Below the pieces are notes generated by a model that ran no database searches, was not told where the DNA came from, and worked only from the letters and a program-made list of their open reading frames with translations. Shown here in pieces: positions 27,340 through 38,249 of a DNA stretch of 64,000 bases. How positions within the stretch are numbered: the stretch's first letter is position 1; the number at the start of each line of letters is the position of its first letter. A program made the position numbers and the translations under genes. Source of the DNA: Nitrospirota bacterium (GTDB lineage: Bacteria; Nitrospirota; Thermodesulfovibrionia; Thermodesulfovibrionales; UBA9159); the NCBI GenBank assembly GCA_023382175.1, contig JAMCQB010000063.1, positions 133 to 64,132 on the forward strand, in the 5' to 3' direction.

Positions 27340-29503
27340 TCCCCTTTCCGTCGCCTTTCTCTGGCACATGCACCAGCCGTATTACAGAGACCCTTTCACC
27401 GGGATCTACCGTCTGCCCTGGGTGAGACTTCACGGGACAAAGGATTACCTCGATATGGTCGCCGTCCTGGAGGAGTTTCCCGACATAAAACAGACCTTTA
27501 ACCTTGTACCGTCCCTGCTGGAACAGATTATCGACTATACGGATAACGGCGCGCAAGACGCATTTCTTGAGGTCACTCTGAAGAAGGCGTCAGAACTGAC
27601 AGACGATGAGCGGGTGTTTCTCCTCGAGAAATTTTTTCTCGCCAACTGGGATACCATGGTGAGGCCGTTTCCCCGGTACTATGAACTGCTTCTGAAGAGG
27701 GGACTGCGGTTTTCGAGAACCGACCTCCGCCGCACCATCAGGTACTTTACTGACAGCGACTTCCTGGACCTCCAGGTGCTGTTCAACCTCACGTGGATGG
27801 ACCCTATCTTCAGGACGCAGGATCCCTTTCTCGGCCAGCTGGTTGCAAAGGGCAAGAAGTTTACCGAGGACGAAAAGAGACTCCTCGTCGAAAAGCAGTT
27901 TTCCCTGCTGCGGGCCATCATCCCGAAATACAGAGAGCTCTCACAGAGGGGGCAGATAGAGATATCCACCACGCCGTTCTATCATCCCATCCTCCCTCTG
28001 CTCTGGGACACGAACACGGCCAGGGATCCGGTCCCTGATGCGCATCTTCCGAAGAGACGATTCGCCCACCCTGAGGATGCGCGAAAGCAGATTCAGATGG
28101 CGATGGAATACTACGAAGCACAGTTCAGGAGTAGACCTCGCGGCATGTGGCCCTCAGAGGGGTCTGTGAGCGAAGACGTTGTGAGGGCTTTTCATGAAGC
28201 AGGAATACAATGGATCGCCACTGATGAAGACATCCTTGCCCGTTCACTCAGAGAAGGGCTGAGGGGTTCGTCGGGGAATGTGCTTAAGCCCGATCTCCTC
28301 TATTCTGCCTATGAATATTCCGGCGTCTCGATGATCTTCAGGGATCACAAGATCTCGGATCTCCTTGGATTTGTTTACTCCGGGTGGGATCCGAAAAGCG
28401 CTGCAGAGGATCTGATCAACCGGTTGCTCCAGATTCAGAGTTCACTGCCGCAGAATGAGCCGCACGTTGTTCCCATCATCCTTGATGGTGAAAATGCGTG
28501 GGAGTATTACCGGAACGACGGCAATGACTTCTTCCGCTACTTGTATGAGGGTCTGTCAAAGAATGAGCGGTTGAAGACCACCACCGTATCGGAGTTTTTG
28601 GAGATGCAGGGCAGGAGGAGGAAGCTGGAACACCTGGCAGCAGGTTCATGGATCTATGCAAACTTCAATGTCTGGATAGGCCATGAAGAGGACAATACCT
28701 CATGGGACTATCTGACGGAGACGAGGGAGGCCCTTGAGGTGTTTCAGAGAGCACATCCCGAACAGGAGCTGGACTCTGCGTGGAAGTCCCTCTATGTTGC
28801 AGAGGGAAGCGACTGGAACTGGTGGTACGGCGACGAGCACTCCACCGAGCTTGGAGAGGAATTTGACGAACTCTACCGGTTGAATCTCATGAAGGTGTAT
28901 AAAGAGATGGGCAAGGATGTCCCCCAACACCTTTACGTGCCCGTGCTCAGGGAGGATAGGACTGTTGCGCCTGCGATCGAAATCAGGGGCTTTATTCACC
29001 CCAGGATTGACGGTATTATGACGAGTTATTTTGAGTGGTATCAGGGAGCGCACATTGAGGTGGGGAAGTCAGGGGGGAGCATGCACATGACCGAGGGCCT
29101 CATCTCCCGGATATATTACGGTTTTAACCAGGACACGCTTTTTATCCGCGTTGACCCCAAGGAATCCTTTGACGTCTTTCCCGAAGGATCGGTGCTTTCC
29201 GTCGAGATCAGCAGGCCTTTTCCTTTCAGGGTTGATATCCCCCTGAGCAAAGGGGCAACGGCAAAGCTCTTCGGCAGAAGTGACGGAGAATGGTCCGACA
29301 TCAGGGAAATCACGGATGTTGCCCTTGACGAGATCCTTGAATGCGCCATTCCCTTCCGGGATATCAAGGCAAAGGAGCGTGACGAACTGAATATCTTCAT
29401 CATGGTCAGGAGGGAAGACGAACAATTCGAGCGATGTCCGTGGAGGGGCTATATTACTGTTACCTTACCAACGCCTGATTTTGAGGCGATGATGTGGCAC
29501 TGA
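27329..29503 (+). CDS. glycoside hydrolase family 57 protein (alpha-glucan processing)
   Basis: AFLWHMHQPYYRD...LPWVRLHGTKDYLDM is the GH57 N-terminal signature. The start is ambiguous (ATG at 27317 or 27329), and both overlap the ftsB end. Confidence 0.85.
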
Positions 29504-29508
29504 GAACC

Positions 29509-32169
29509 TCACCTATCCAGCATCTCCCGCACCTTTCTCAGAAGCTCCTTTGGTGAGACAGGCTTCAGGATAAAATCCAATCCCTCTTCAAGTATCCCCT
29601 TTTTATGGATGAGGTTTGCTGTGTAGCCGCTTAGAAACAAGGTCTTTATGCCGGGATTGATTTTTTTGATTTCTTCATAGACCTCTTTGCCGTTCTTCTT
29701 CGGCATTATGACATCGAGGAGTAAAAGTTGTATATCCTCTTTGTTCTCCATGAACTTTTCTATTGCATCCTCCCCATCCTCTGCCGCTATGACTCTGTAC
29801 CCGAATCTCTCAAGTATATCCCTTGTCAGCTTTCTTACAGCCTGATCATCCTCTGCTACAAGCACTGTCTCTGTTCCTCCCTCCGGGTAGGCGGCAGGCA
29901 TTGTACTCGCTGTCTTTTCAACCTCTGATTCAATCAAGGGAAGATATATCTTAAATGTCGTGCCTTTTTGTGGTTCACTGTAGACATTTATAAAACCATC
30001 GTGCTGTTTTACTATCCCGTAGACCATCGCAAGCCCGAGACCCGTGCCCCGGCCGAGTTCTTTGGTCGTGAAGAATGGCTCGAATATCCTCTGCCTCGTC
30101 TTCTCATCCATACCGCTGCCTGAATCTGTTACTGACAATAGGGCATATATCCCGGCCTCTCCATAGCCATGTTTCTTTACATACTCTTCATCAATCTGGA
30201 TGGTTCCGGTCTCTATGATCAAATCACCTCCGACAGGCATGGCATCCCTCGCATTGGTTGCAAGGTTCATCACTATCTGCTCTATCTGGCCCCTGTCTGC
30301 CAATACTGTTAAATCCTTATCTAAAAGCTCTGTCTTTAATTCTATATCCTCGCCTATAATCCTCATTAGAAACTTTTCAACGCCCTTTATGATTTCATTC
30401 AGATTCTGGGGCTTCAGGTCTCTTATCTGCTTTCTGCTGAAGGCGAGTAAGCTCTGTGTCAGATGGGATCCCCTTTCTCCCGCATCAAGTATCTCTTTGA
30501 GATAGGCCCTATTGGGGTCGTCTTCCCTCGTATTCATTTCTATAAGGTTCCCGAATCCTATTATTGCATTGAGGATGTTGTTAAAGTCATGGGCAATGCC
30601 GCCGGCAAGCTGACCAATTGCCTCCATCTTCTGGGCCTGGCGGAACTGTTCTTCTAATTTTTTTCGCTCGGTGATGTCTCGTGTAATGCACACAAAGCCT
30701 GTATGCTCGCCCCTGTCATCCTTCAGTGCGGTGAGCGTCATTTCCACAGGGAATCCCCTTCCATCCTTTTTAATCCTCCCGGTTTCAGCCCTGACAGATC
30801 CTTCCAGGGTCGCTTTTTTGAACCTCTCACGGCATGCCTCTTGAGCCTCCTTCGGGACTATCAAGGAGTGCGGCCTGCCGATGATCTCTTGAGCAGAGTA
30901 GCCAAATAGCATTTCCGCACCGCGGTTCCATGAGACGATGTTAGTATCCAGGTCTATGCCCTCTATTGCATCAGTGGCGTGCTCTGTGATGTTTGCGAGG
31001 AATGCCCGCACCTCTTCAGCCCGGTTACGCTCTGTGATGTCGAGCAGTGTTCCGATGACAGCGGGGCGTCCACGATATACCGTTTTAGAGCCGTAAACTT
31101 CTACATAGATTATCTCTTTATCCTTTGTTATACCTCTAAAATCATAATTAATGGATTCAATCTCACCCGAAATCCGCTTCCGAAGATTTTCCTCAACGAT
31201 CGGCCAATCTTCTGGTAAGACCAGGTCCTCAGGTCCCCTCTTATCTATCAATTCATAGATGGTGTAGCCAAATATCTCAGCCAATCTTGAATTGGCATAC
31301 CTGAAGACCCCGTCCTGTATAAGGTAAACGCCGACTATTGATTTTTCTGCCAGGTCCCTAAATTTGTTCTCCGATTCCCGCAGTGCTTCTTCAGCATGCC
31401 TGCGTTCAATTATTTCGGCCCGCAATGCTTCATTAGCTTTGGCCAGTTCCGCGGTCCGCTCCGCAACTCGCACTTCTAACTCATCATGCGCCTTTCTCAG
31501 CGCTTCTGCATCTCGCTTCCGTTCCGCTATGTCATGACTCGCGTTGTTGATAACAAGTCCCAGACCCAGAACAAAAAATGAAAGTGCAGTATTGAGCGCC
31601 ATTGGTATTGTTGTCCCGCCATAAAGTAATGGCGCACCATAGATGTAACCTAAACAGAAAGCTAAACCAATAAAGGTTGTCAGTCCGGCCAGTACCCTTG
31701 TTAGAGCATCCGCAGACCAGCGTCTTTTCAAAGATGAGGCAAGAAAAAGCGCAACGCTTGCAAACAAGAAATTGAGGGCGGTAGGCAAAGCCATCCGGCC
31801 CACAGGAATAAGACCGAGTTTCTCCGATGGAACCTGAAAAATCCATCTATCAACATCCAGATTAATATTTACACTAATCTCTGTGGATCGGATCAGAGAT
31901 AGAACGAAAATCACGGTAGCGCCGATTCTTGATAATGTAAGACCCCTCTTTCTCTCCGTTAAGAGCGCACAAAGTGATATGCCAAGTACAATGAAGGAGA
32001 GGGCTGTATTTGGCGCCATGGGGATGTAATCTGTCCGTATACCGGAGAGGATTCTCCATCCCGTCAGCCAGCCCACAATGGCAACCACCCCTAATCCTGC
32101 CGCAATGAGACCGCAGAGTTGCGAAAAGAATTTAAAAGGGATTAAAGAATGATTGGATTGAGTGGTCAT
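29509..32169 (-). CDS. hybrid sensor histidine kinase HK1 (multi-TM sensor, PAS x2, HisKA, HATPase, REC)
   Basis: 886 aa. N-terminal polytopic region with a duplicated PMAxNTALSF motif; H-box [11 protein letters not shown]; G-boxes DSGSGMD and GTGLGLA; C-terminal receiver VLVAEDD...[13 protein letters not shown]. Confidence 0.9.
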   Translation of the reverse strand: MTTQSNHSLIPFKFFSQLCGLIAAGLGVVAIVGWLTGWRILSGIRTDYIPMAPNTALSFIVLGISLCALLTERKRGLTLSRIGATVIFVLSLIRSTEISVNINLDVDRWIFQVPSEKLGLIPVGRMALPTALNFLFASVALFLASSLKRRWSADALTRVLAGLTTFIGLAFCLGYIYGAPLLYGGTTIPMALNTALSFFVLGLGLVINNASHDIAERKRDAEALRKAHDELEVRVAERTAELAKANEALRAEIIERRHAEEALRESENKFRDLAEKSIVGVYLIQDGVFRYANSRLAEIFGYTIYELIDKRGPEDLVLPEDWPIVEENLRKRISGEIESINYDFRGITKDKEIIYVEVYGSKTVYRGRPAVIGTLLDITERNRAEEVRAFLANITEHATDAIEGIDLDTNIVSWNRGAEMLFGYSAQEIIGRPHSLIVPKEAQEACRERFKKATLEGSVRAETGRIKKDGRGFPVEMTLTALKDDRGEHTGFVCITRDITERKKLEEQFRQAQKMEAIGQLAGGIAHDFNNILNAIIGFGNLIEMNTREDDPNRAYLKEILDAGERGSHLTQSLLAFSRKQIRDLKPQNLNEIIKGVEKFLMRIIGEDIELKTELLDKDLTVLADRGQIEQIVMNLATNARDAMPVGGDLIIETGTIQIDEEYVKKHGYGEAGIYALLSVTDSGSGMDEKTRQRIFEPFFTTKELGRGTGLGLAMVYGIVKQHDGFINVYSEPQKGTTFKIYLPLIESEVEKTASTMPAAYPEGGTETVLVAEDDQAVRKLTRDILERFGYRVIAAEDGEDAIEKFMENKEDIQLLLLDVIMPKKNGKEVYEEIKKINPGIKTLFLSGYTANLIHKKGILEEGLDFILKPVSPKELLRKVREMLDR

Positions 32170-32321
32170 TGATTGGCTCCTCTGGCTGCCTCATCGGCTG
32201 TTTTGTTTCTGTTGATTTCTTTATTCACCCTTTGAGCCGTCAAAAAAAGAAACAAACCGATTGCAGAGGCTATTGCCACAGAAAAGATTGTGATAGTTTG
32301 CAGTCTGGTCTTAATCTTCAT
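32166..32321 (-). CDS. candidate 51-aa single-TM protein translationally coupled to HK1
   Basis: Below the ORF-track cutoff. My own translation is [51 protein letters not shown]. The stop overlaps the HK1 start (ATGA), and GGTGAGAGG lies about 10 nt upstream. Confidence 0.35.
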   Translation of the reverse strand: MKIKTRLQTITIFSVAIASAIGLFLFLTAQRVNKEINRNKTADEAARGANQ

Positions 32322-32422
32322 CTGAAAAAATACCTCTCACCTAATTAGGTAGCCGCAGGCTTTAGCCTGCGCCAAATCACGAAACCTAAAGAGCCTGCCG
32401 TACTTGACGGGGGACGGCTTCT

Positions 32423-32447
32423 GGATTCCTGCTTCCGCAGGAATGAC
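32423..32447. repeat. REP-like hairpin (gtcattccNgc family)
   Basis: GGATTCCTGC-ttcc-GCAGGAATGAC. Further small hairpins follow (GCGCAGGCtaaaGCCTGCGGC and a cccgtcaagtacgg motif) in the 190-bp gap downstream of the SBP fragment. Confidence 0.65.
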
Positions 32448-32509
32448 ATTATCCTTATCCTTTGTGCATTAATAATGCATGCATATTTCATAACATCACC
32501 TGATGATAG

Positions 32510-32896
32510 TTACTGCTTCCAGGTTGATACAGCATCAACCTTACCCTCTGTCAGGGCATCAAACATCTCCTTTGGACTCAGATTAACGACCTCAACTTCA
32601 TCCCTTAATATCCTATGAGAGATTAAGAAAGTCTCCATGAAGAACTCTCCTTTTATTACTGCATTGAGGGCCTCTTTCCCTGTGTTATATTCTTGAAGCT
32701 TGACATCTAAGCCCTCCTTTTTGAAGTACCCCTTTTCAACTGCAATATACACAGGAGCTCTATGCAGCCCGCTTCCCACAGCATAGGTTATTTTCACAAG
32801 CGGCGCCTGTTTCTGGCTGAACCAGATAGTACCAGCTATAACGACAATCAGAGCCGTCAGAAGAAATGCAAGGACGAGTTTTGGTTTAAGCTTCAT
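32510..32896 (-). pseudogene. remnant of a periplasmic substrate-binding protein (NMT1/SsuA-like) carrying the HK2 leader
   Basis: 128 aa against the ~320 expected. An internal jump occurs after NAVIKGE, and the ORF stops right after VDAVSTWKQ. The first 53 nt including the start are identical to the HK2 5' end (35606..35658). Confidence 0.55.
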
Positions 32897-32953
32897 CTTG
32901 AAACCCTCCTTTTTCTCACCTATCCTCTCCTTATTCCTCCCCTTAGTAAGGGG

Positions 32954-35656
32954 TTAATCCAGCACCCTTCTCACCTTTCTTAAAAGCTCTTTTGGTGAGA
33001 CAGGCTTCAGGATAAAATCCAATCCCTCATCGAGTATCCCCTTTTTATGGATGAGGTTCGCTGTATAGCCGCTTAGAAACAACACCTTTATGCGGGGATT
33101 GATTTTTTTGATTTCTTCATAAACCTCTTTGCCGTTCTTCTTCGGCATTATGACATCAAGGAGTAAAAGCTGAATATCCTCTTTATTGTTCATGAACTTT
33201 TTTATCGCATCCTCCCCGTCCTCCGCCGCTATTACCTTATATCCGAATCTCTCGAGCACATCCCTTGTTAATTTTCTGACTGCCTGATCATCCTCTGCTA
33301 CAAGCACTGTCTCTGTCCCTCCTCCCGTGTAGACAGCCGGCGCAGCACTCACTGCCTCCCCGGCCTCTGATTTAATCAAGGGCAGGTATATCTTAAATGT
33401 CGTGCCTTTCCCAGGTTCACTATAGACATTGATATAGCCGTCATGCTGTTTTACTATCCCGTAGACCATCGCAAGCCCAAGGCCTGTGCCCCTTCCCATC
33501 TCTTTGGTTGTGAAGAAGGGTTCAAATATCCTTTTCCTCGTCTCTTCATCCATACCAATGCCTGAATCTGTAATAGATATTAATGCGTATATTCCCGGCT
33601 CCCCATAGCCATGCATTTTCACATATTCCTCATCCATCTCTGTAATCCCCGTCTCTATGATTAATTCTCCACCATTTGGCATGGCATCCCTCGCATTGGT
33701 TGCAAGGTTCATCAATACCTGCTCTATCTGGCCCCTGTCTACTATTACTGTTAAATCCCCTACCCCCCTTTCAATTCCCCCCTTGCCAAGGGGGGACACA
33801 GAGGGGTCAAAGAGGGGCAAGGAGGGATTTAGTATTGTCTTTAATTCTATATCCTCGCCTATGATCCTCCTTAAAAATTTTCCGACGCTTCTTAATATTT
33901 CATTCAGATTTTCAGATTTTGGACTGATTATCTGTTTTCTGCTGAAGGCGAGCAGACTTTTTGTTAGATGGGCTGCCCTTTCCCCTGCACTGAGTATCTC
34001 TTTTAGATAGGCCCTATTAGGGTCGTCTCCCTTCATATCCATCTCTATGAGGTTCCCGAATCCTATTATTGCATTGAGGATGTTATTAAAGTCATGGGCA
34101 ATGCCGCCAGCGAGTATGCCAATCGCCTCCAACTTCTGGGCATGCCTCAATTGGTCTTCGAGATTCTTGCGCTCTGTGATGTCGCGAGTGATGGTCACGA
34201 AGCCTATGTGCTCCCCTTTCTCGTTTTTCAGTGAGGTAAGCGTCATTTCTGCCGGAAACCGCCTGCCATCCTTCGCAACCCTAAGGGTTTCAGCCGTTTT
34301 GACGAGTCCCTCGAAGGTCGCTTTCTTGAACCTCTCACGGCAGGCATCCTGAGCCTCGTGGGGAACGACCATAGACCATGGCTTTCCGATAACCTCCTTT
34401 GCTTGGTAGCCGAATATCATCTCTGCGCCACGGTTCCACGAGACGATGTTAGTATTCAGGTCCAGACCTACTATCGCATCGGCGGCATGCTCTGTTATGT
34501 TTGCGAGGAATGCCCGCTCCTCCTGCGACTCTGCAAGCTGCGAAGCCATTCTGTTAAATGACGAGGCAAGGTCGCCGATTTCGTCCTTTGATTCAACAGG
34601 GGCGCGGACAGAAAAATCCCCTCCAGCAAGTCCTTGCGTGGCCTTTGAAAGGGCAACCACAGGACGGGAGATTCCATGGGCGATGAGATAGGCTAAGATA
34701 GATGCAAGCAGTGCAATTGCAACGCCCAGCGCAATTACGCGCTTCCTGAGGGACTCAACAGGCGCGAAGGCCTCCCTCGTTTCGATCTCAGTGAGCAGAG
34801 TCCAGCCCCTGCCCGGGATGCACATGGAGGCGCCTATCACCTCCCTGCCGAGATAATTCCTGTAAATTCCGGAGGTTTCTCTTCCGGCGGCGCACTCAAG
34901 CACAGGCAGGGTCTCTACACGCTGCTTCATAAGCTCACTGCTGAATCGTGAAGGGGTAATCAGCAGCTTCTCCTTATTCACCAGGTAGATGTCGAGGGTT
35001 TCCCTCCTGCCCAGCGTGCCGCTTATTGCACCCTTTTCAATCTGGTACTCTCCAGAGAGCATTTTTCTCAGCTCGTCATGGTAGTAAAAATTAATGATCA
35101 CGCCAAGAGGATTGCCGGTCTTTTTATCGGTCAGCGGTGCGGCAGCAGCAATGTATGGCCTCTTTCCCTCTGTGGGGCGGGGAGGTATGTACATATCGCT
35201 TATGTAAACGCCTTTTCCCCCCTGCAGGAAATACTCGTCCTCCGATTCATCAGCGCCTATCTCGCCCTCCTCGGTTGCGGCAATCACCCTTCCTTTCATG
35301 TCCGTGACAAGAATCAGGTAGATACCCATGTCGTGGTGCATCTTGTTGTGCTTCAGGTACATGCTCAGCGCCTTTTGCAGCCCGGTATAGCGCGGGCCTT
35401 TCGGGTCTAACTTCTGCATTGCTTCAGCGCTATTGCGGATGAAGCCGTCAGAGGAAAGCTCCATCGCCCTGTCCTTCGCCATCTCGAAAAAGTGGTAGAG
35501 GACCCACTCTTTAGCTTCGGCTACGAGGGTTAAATCTTCCAATGCCTGCCTTTGCAGCGCTGCCTTAGCGGAGCTGTAGCTCAGGTAGCCGATGACGGCG
35601 ACGGGAATCAGAGCCGTCAGAAGAAATGCAAGGACGAGTTTTGGTTTAAGCTTCAT
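32954..35656 (-). CDS. hybrid sensor histidine kinase HK2 (TM, Cache-like periplasmic domain, HAMP, PAS, HisKA, HATPase, REC)
   Basis: 900 aa. The C-terminal ~500 aa are closely paralogous to HK1 (e.g. [37 protein letters not shown]). The N-terminal sensor differs from HK1. It contains a 21-codon palindromic insert. Confidence 0.9.
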   Translation of the reverse strand: MKLKPKLVLAFLLTALIPVAVIGYLSYSSAKAALQRQALEDLTLVAEAKEWVLYHFFEMAKDRAMELSSDGFIRNSAEAMQKLDPKGPRYTGLQKALSMYLKHNKMHHDMGIYLILVTDMKGRVIAATEEGEIGADESEDEYFLQGGKGVYISDMYIPPRPTEGKRPYIAAAAPLTDKKTGNPLGVIINFYYHDELRKMLSGEYQIEKGAISGTLGRRETLDIYLVNKEKLLITPSRFSSELMKQRVETLPVLECAAGRETSGIYRNYLGREVIGASMCIPGRGWTLLTEIETREAFAPVESLRKRVIALGVAIALLASILAYLIAHGISRPVVALSKATQGLAGGDFSVRAPVESKDEIGDLASSFNRMASQLAESQEERAFLANITEHAADAIVGLDLNTNIVSWNRGAEMIFGYQAKEVIGKPWSMVVPHEAQDACRERFKKATFEGLVKTAETLRVAKDGRRFPAEMTLTSLKNEKGEHIGFVTITRDITERKNLEDQLRHAQKLEAIGILAGGIAHDFNNILNAIIGFGNLIEMDMKGDDPNRAYLKEILSAGERAAHLTKSLLAFSRKQIISPKSENLNEILRSVGKFLRRIIGEDIELKTILNPSLPLFDPSVSPLGKGGIERGVGDLTVIVDRGQIEQVLMNLATNARDAMPNGGELIIETGITEMDEEYVKMHGYGEPGIYALISITDSGIGMDEETRKRIFEPFFTTKEMGRGTGLGLAMVYGIVKQHDGYINVYSEPGKGTTFKIYLPLIKSEAGEAVSAAPAVYTGGGTETVLVAEDDQAVRKLTRDVLERFGYKVIAAEDGEDAIKKFMNNKEDIQLLLLDVIMPKKNGKEVYEEIKKINPRIKVLFLSGYTANLIHKKGILDEGLDFILKPVSPKELLRKVRRVLD
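33753..33830. repeat. GC-rich nested palindromic element, copy B (inside the HK2 CDS, in frame)
   Basis: AAATCCC-ctaccccccTTTCAATTCCCCCCTTG-C-CAAGGGGGG-acacagaggggtcaaagaggggcaagga-GGGATTT. It encodes ..[23 protein letters not shown].., which is absent from HK1. Confidence 0.8.
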
Positions 35657-35983
35657 CTGGTAGCCCTCCCCCAGCTCTTATTTCATCTGGATAGAAATTA
35701 TCCTATATTAGAGCTTAATCCAATACCATCAGTCCGTCAAGCCTCATTTACCATAATCCGCAGCCAATATGACAAACAAGCGGGCGAACTCATTCCCGGC
35801 ATCGCACCCCTTTTCTTAAAGGAGCGCCCTTGGTCTCTCCTGCAAAGTATAGCAGCGCTGCAGGAATTATCAACGTGAAAGTGGTCCTGGCATTCCCCGG
35901 GGTGAAAGCAATATGGTAATTTTTATTTGATTCCGTTATTATCTAAAGGGAGTGAGCGGCATATCTTCACAAGGAGGCTGTGC

Positions 35984-36691
35984 ATGATTCTCGGAGTGAA
36001 TGTTGACCATATTGCAACCATCAGGGAAGCGAGGAAAGGGGCCGAACCGGACCCGGTCATGGCAGCGACCCTTGCAATCCTTGGCGGCGCGGATGGTATT
36101 ACCGTACATCTCAGGGAAGACCGGCGCCATATAAAGGACAGGGATCTGAAACTATTGAGGGAAACAGCGCCTGTGGAACTGAATCTCGAAATGGCGGCCA
36201 CCGACGAGATGATCAGGATCGCCCTTTCGGTGAAACCTGACATGGTCACCTTTGTCCCCGAGAAACGCCAGGAACTCACCACAGAAGGGGGCCTTGATCT
36301 TGTGTCCCAGAAGACCAATATCGCCAAGGCAATAAAGAAGATCCGGGGAGCAGGGATCCCTGTGAGCCTCTTCATTAATCCTTTTGTCATGGACGTGGAT
36401 ATCGCAAAAAACATCGGCGCCGATATGGTGGAGATACATACCGGTCTTTATGCCAATGCAAAGGGCCCGAAACAGAAGGGGGAACTGCTCAGGGTGGTGG
36501 ATGCGGTGAAGGTGGCAGGTCAGAGCGGATTGAAGGCCAATGCAGGGCACGGGCTCAATTATTTCAATGTAACGGCTGTGGCAGGCATTGAGGGACTGAG
36601 AGGGCTTTACATCGGCCACAGCATTGTTTCCAGAGCGGTCCTTGTGGGCATGGAACGGGCAGTGAGGGAAATGAAGGGATTAATAAAATGA
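35984..36691 (+). CDS. pdxJ: pyridoxine 5'-phosphate synthase
   Basis: The start was moved to MILGVNVDHIATIREAR, which has AAGGAGG upstream. Family blocks are present throughout. Confidence 0.92.
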   Translation: MILGVNVDHIATIREARKGAEPDPVMAATLAILGGADGITVHLREDRRHIKDRDLKLLRETAPVELNLEMAATDEMIRIALSVKPDMVTFVPEKRQELTTEGGLDLVSQKTNIAKAIKKIRGAGIPVSLFINPFVMDVDIAKNIGADMVEIHTGLYANAKGPKQKGELLRVVDAVKVAGQSGLKANAGHGLNYFNVTAVAGIEGLRGLYIGHSIVSRAVLVGMERAVREMKGLIK

Positions 36692-36700
36692 TCTCAAGGC

Positions 36701-37133
36701 CTTGCCACAGAGGACACAGAGATCACCGAGATATTAGTGACGGATAGCTTGACGGAAAGTATTATAGCGGCATCCATTGAGGTTCATAGGGTCTTGGGAC
36801 CGAGCCTTTTGGAATCAATCTATGAAGAGGCTCTTTGTTACGAGTTATTTCTTAGAGGCATTCCGTTTGAACGTCAAAAGGAGGTTGACGTTCTTTATAA
36901 AGACAAAGTTATCAAAGGACAGAGACTTGATTTGGTGGTGAATGACGAGGTTGTAGTTGAGATAAAATCTGTGCGTAAATTAGAGGATATCTTTGTTGCT
37001 CAGGTATTATCCTATCTTAAGAGTACTGGCCTGAAACGAGCCCTGCTCATTAATTTTGGAGAAAGCAGACTTATTGATGGTCTGAAAAGAGTATCGCTTT
37101 AACTCAGTGAACTCTGTGGGCTCTGTGGCAAAG
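36701..37133 (+). mobile_element. GxxExxY gene cassette bracketed by ~30-bp CACAGAG-type inverted repeats, inserted between pdxJ and acpS
   Basis: Left arm CTTGCCACAGAGGACACAGAGATCACCGAG. The reverse complement of the right arm is CTTTGCCACAGAGCCCACAGAGTTCACTGAG. The arms start 10 nt after the pdxJ stop and end 15 nt before the acpS start. Confidence 0.55.
36737..37102 (+). CDS. GxxExxY protein (PDDEXK_3 nuclease-fold family)
   Basis: 121 aa, ..LGPSLLESIYEEALCYELFLRGIPFERQKEVDVLYKD...RLDLVVNDEVVVEIKSV..., the family signature. GTG start. Confidence 0.85.
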   Translation: MTDSLTESIIAASIEVHRVLGPSLLESIYEEALCYELFLRGIPFERQKEVDVLYKDKVIKGQRLDLVVNDEVVVEIKSVRKLEDIFVAQVLSYLKSTGLKRALLINFGESRLIDGLKRVSL

Positions 37134-37148
37134 AATTAATAAGTTATT

Positions 37149-37532
37149 ATGATTTACGGTATAGGCATAGATATCATAAAAGTCGAGAGGATGAAGGAAG
37201 CGGTGGAGAGGTGGGGGGAAAGATTCCTCCAGAGGGTCTTCACCGGGAACGAGATCTCGTACTGCTACGGAAAGAAAAATCCCTATCTTTCCCTGTCAGT
37301 GAGGTTCGCTGCAAAAGAGGCAATGATAAAGGCGCTGGGGTTGCGGGGATCCGTCACCTTCAGGGATATCGAAATTCTCAACGATGCCCATGGCAAACCC
37401 GCTATCCTGGCGCGCGGTGAACTTGATAGCGCGTTGAGGAGAAATTCCATTCGACATTCACATCTGAGCCTGAGCCATGAAAGGGATTATGGCATTGCCT
37501 TTGTGGTGCTCGAAAGGGATGACAATCCTTAG
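37149..37532 (+). CDS. acpS: holo-[acyl-carrier-protein] synthase
   Basis: 127 aa, MIYGIGIDIIKVERM...FAAKEAMIKALG...SLSHERDYGIAFVVLE. Confidence 0.9.
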   Translation: MIYGIGIDIIKVERMKEAVERWGERFLQRVFTGNEISYCYGKKNPYLSLSVRFAAKEAMIKALGLRGSVTFRDIEILNDAHGKPAILARGELDSALRRNSIRHSHLSLSHERDYGIAFVVLERDDNP

Positions 37533-37538
37533 CAGTTA

Positions 37539-38249
37539 TTATCCCTGGCCTTTCAACCGTTCCATGGCCTCTTTTGCCGCTGCGGTCTGGGCTTCCTTCT
37601 TATTCTTTCCCGTGCCGCGTCCGAACTTTTCCCCCGCGATAGAGACATCCACCGTAAAGGTCTTGCGATGTTCCTCTCCTTCCTGGCTTACGATCCGGTA
37701 CTCGGGCAACACTCCGAAACGCATCTGGCTTTCTTCCTGGAGCTCTGTCTTGAAGTTGTGGTACTGGCCCGAGGATATCACGGCGAGGATCCTCTCCCTG
37801 AGAAGGTGCAGGATTGATCTCCTCGCTGCCTCATACCCCCCGTCGAGGTAAACAGCTCCGAAAACAGCTTCCATGGCATTGGCGAGAATGGATTTCTTGG
37901 CCCTTCCCCCTGTCTCTTCCTCCCCCCTCCCCAACCATACATATCTGCCGAGGGTTATGGTCGCTGCTATCTCGGAGAGCAGAGAACCCCTCACGATATA
38001 GGATTTGATCTGCGACATCTCCGATTCAGAAAAATCTTTGTTATAGTGGAAGAGATATTCGACGACGACGAGCCCAAGAACCGAATCGCCGATGAACTCA
38101 AGCCGTTCATTATAGAAAGGCGCCCGATCAGGGTTCTCGTGGTGGTATGACCGGTGGGTCAGGGCCTCGATGAGGAGCGTCCTGTCTTTGAAGGAGTAGT
38201 TGAGCTCTTTTTCAAATGTCTCTAAATTTTTTGAAGAGGAGACAGGCAT
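37539..38249 (-). CDS. rnc: ribonuclease III
   Basis: The start was taken at [22 protein letters not shown] (38249), which overlaps the fabF 3' end by 38 nt. Signature [13 protein letters not shown] is present, with a C-terminal dsRBD. Confidence 0.9.
   Translation of the reverse strand: MPVSSSKNLETFEKELNYSFKDRTLLIEALTHRSYHHENPDRAPFYNERLEFIGDSVLGLVVVEYLFHYNKDFSESEMSQIKSYIVRGSLLSEIAATITLGRYVWLGRGEEETGGRAKKSILANAMEAVFGAVYLDGGYEAARRSILHLLRERILAVISSGQYHNFKTELQEESQMRFGVLPEYRIVSQEGEEHRKTFTVDVSIAGEKFGRGTGKNKKEAQTAAAKEAMERLKGQG

Noticed and set aside
32510-32896. Treating the 128-aa MKLKPKLV... ORF as a functional small solute-binding protein.
   Set aside because: It is less than half the length of the family. 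It has an apparent internal deletion, a borrowed kinase leader and a REP-filled downstream scar. I therefore call it a remnant.
38212-38249. The 38-nt fabF/rnc overlap as a sign of frameshift or mis-annotation.
   Set aside because: Both frames are intact and match family termini: [15 protein letters not shown] for fabF and [16 protein letters not shown].. for rnc. No alternative rnc start exists downstream, so this is a genuine overlap.
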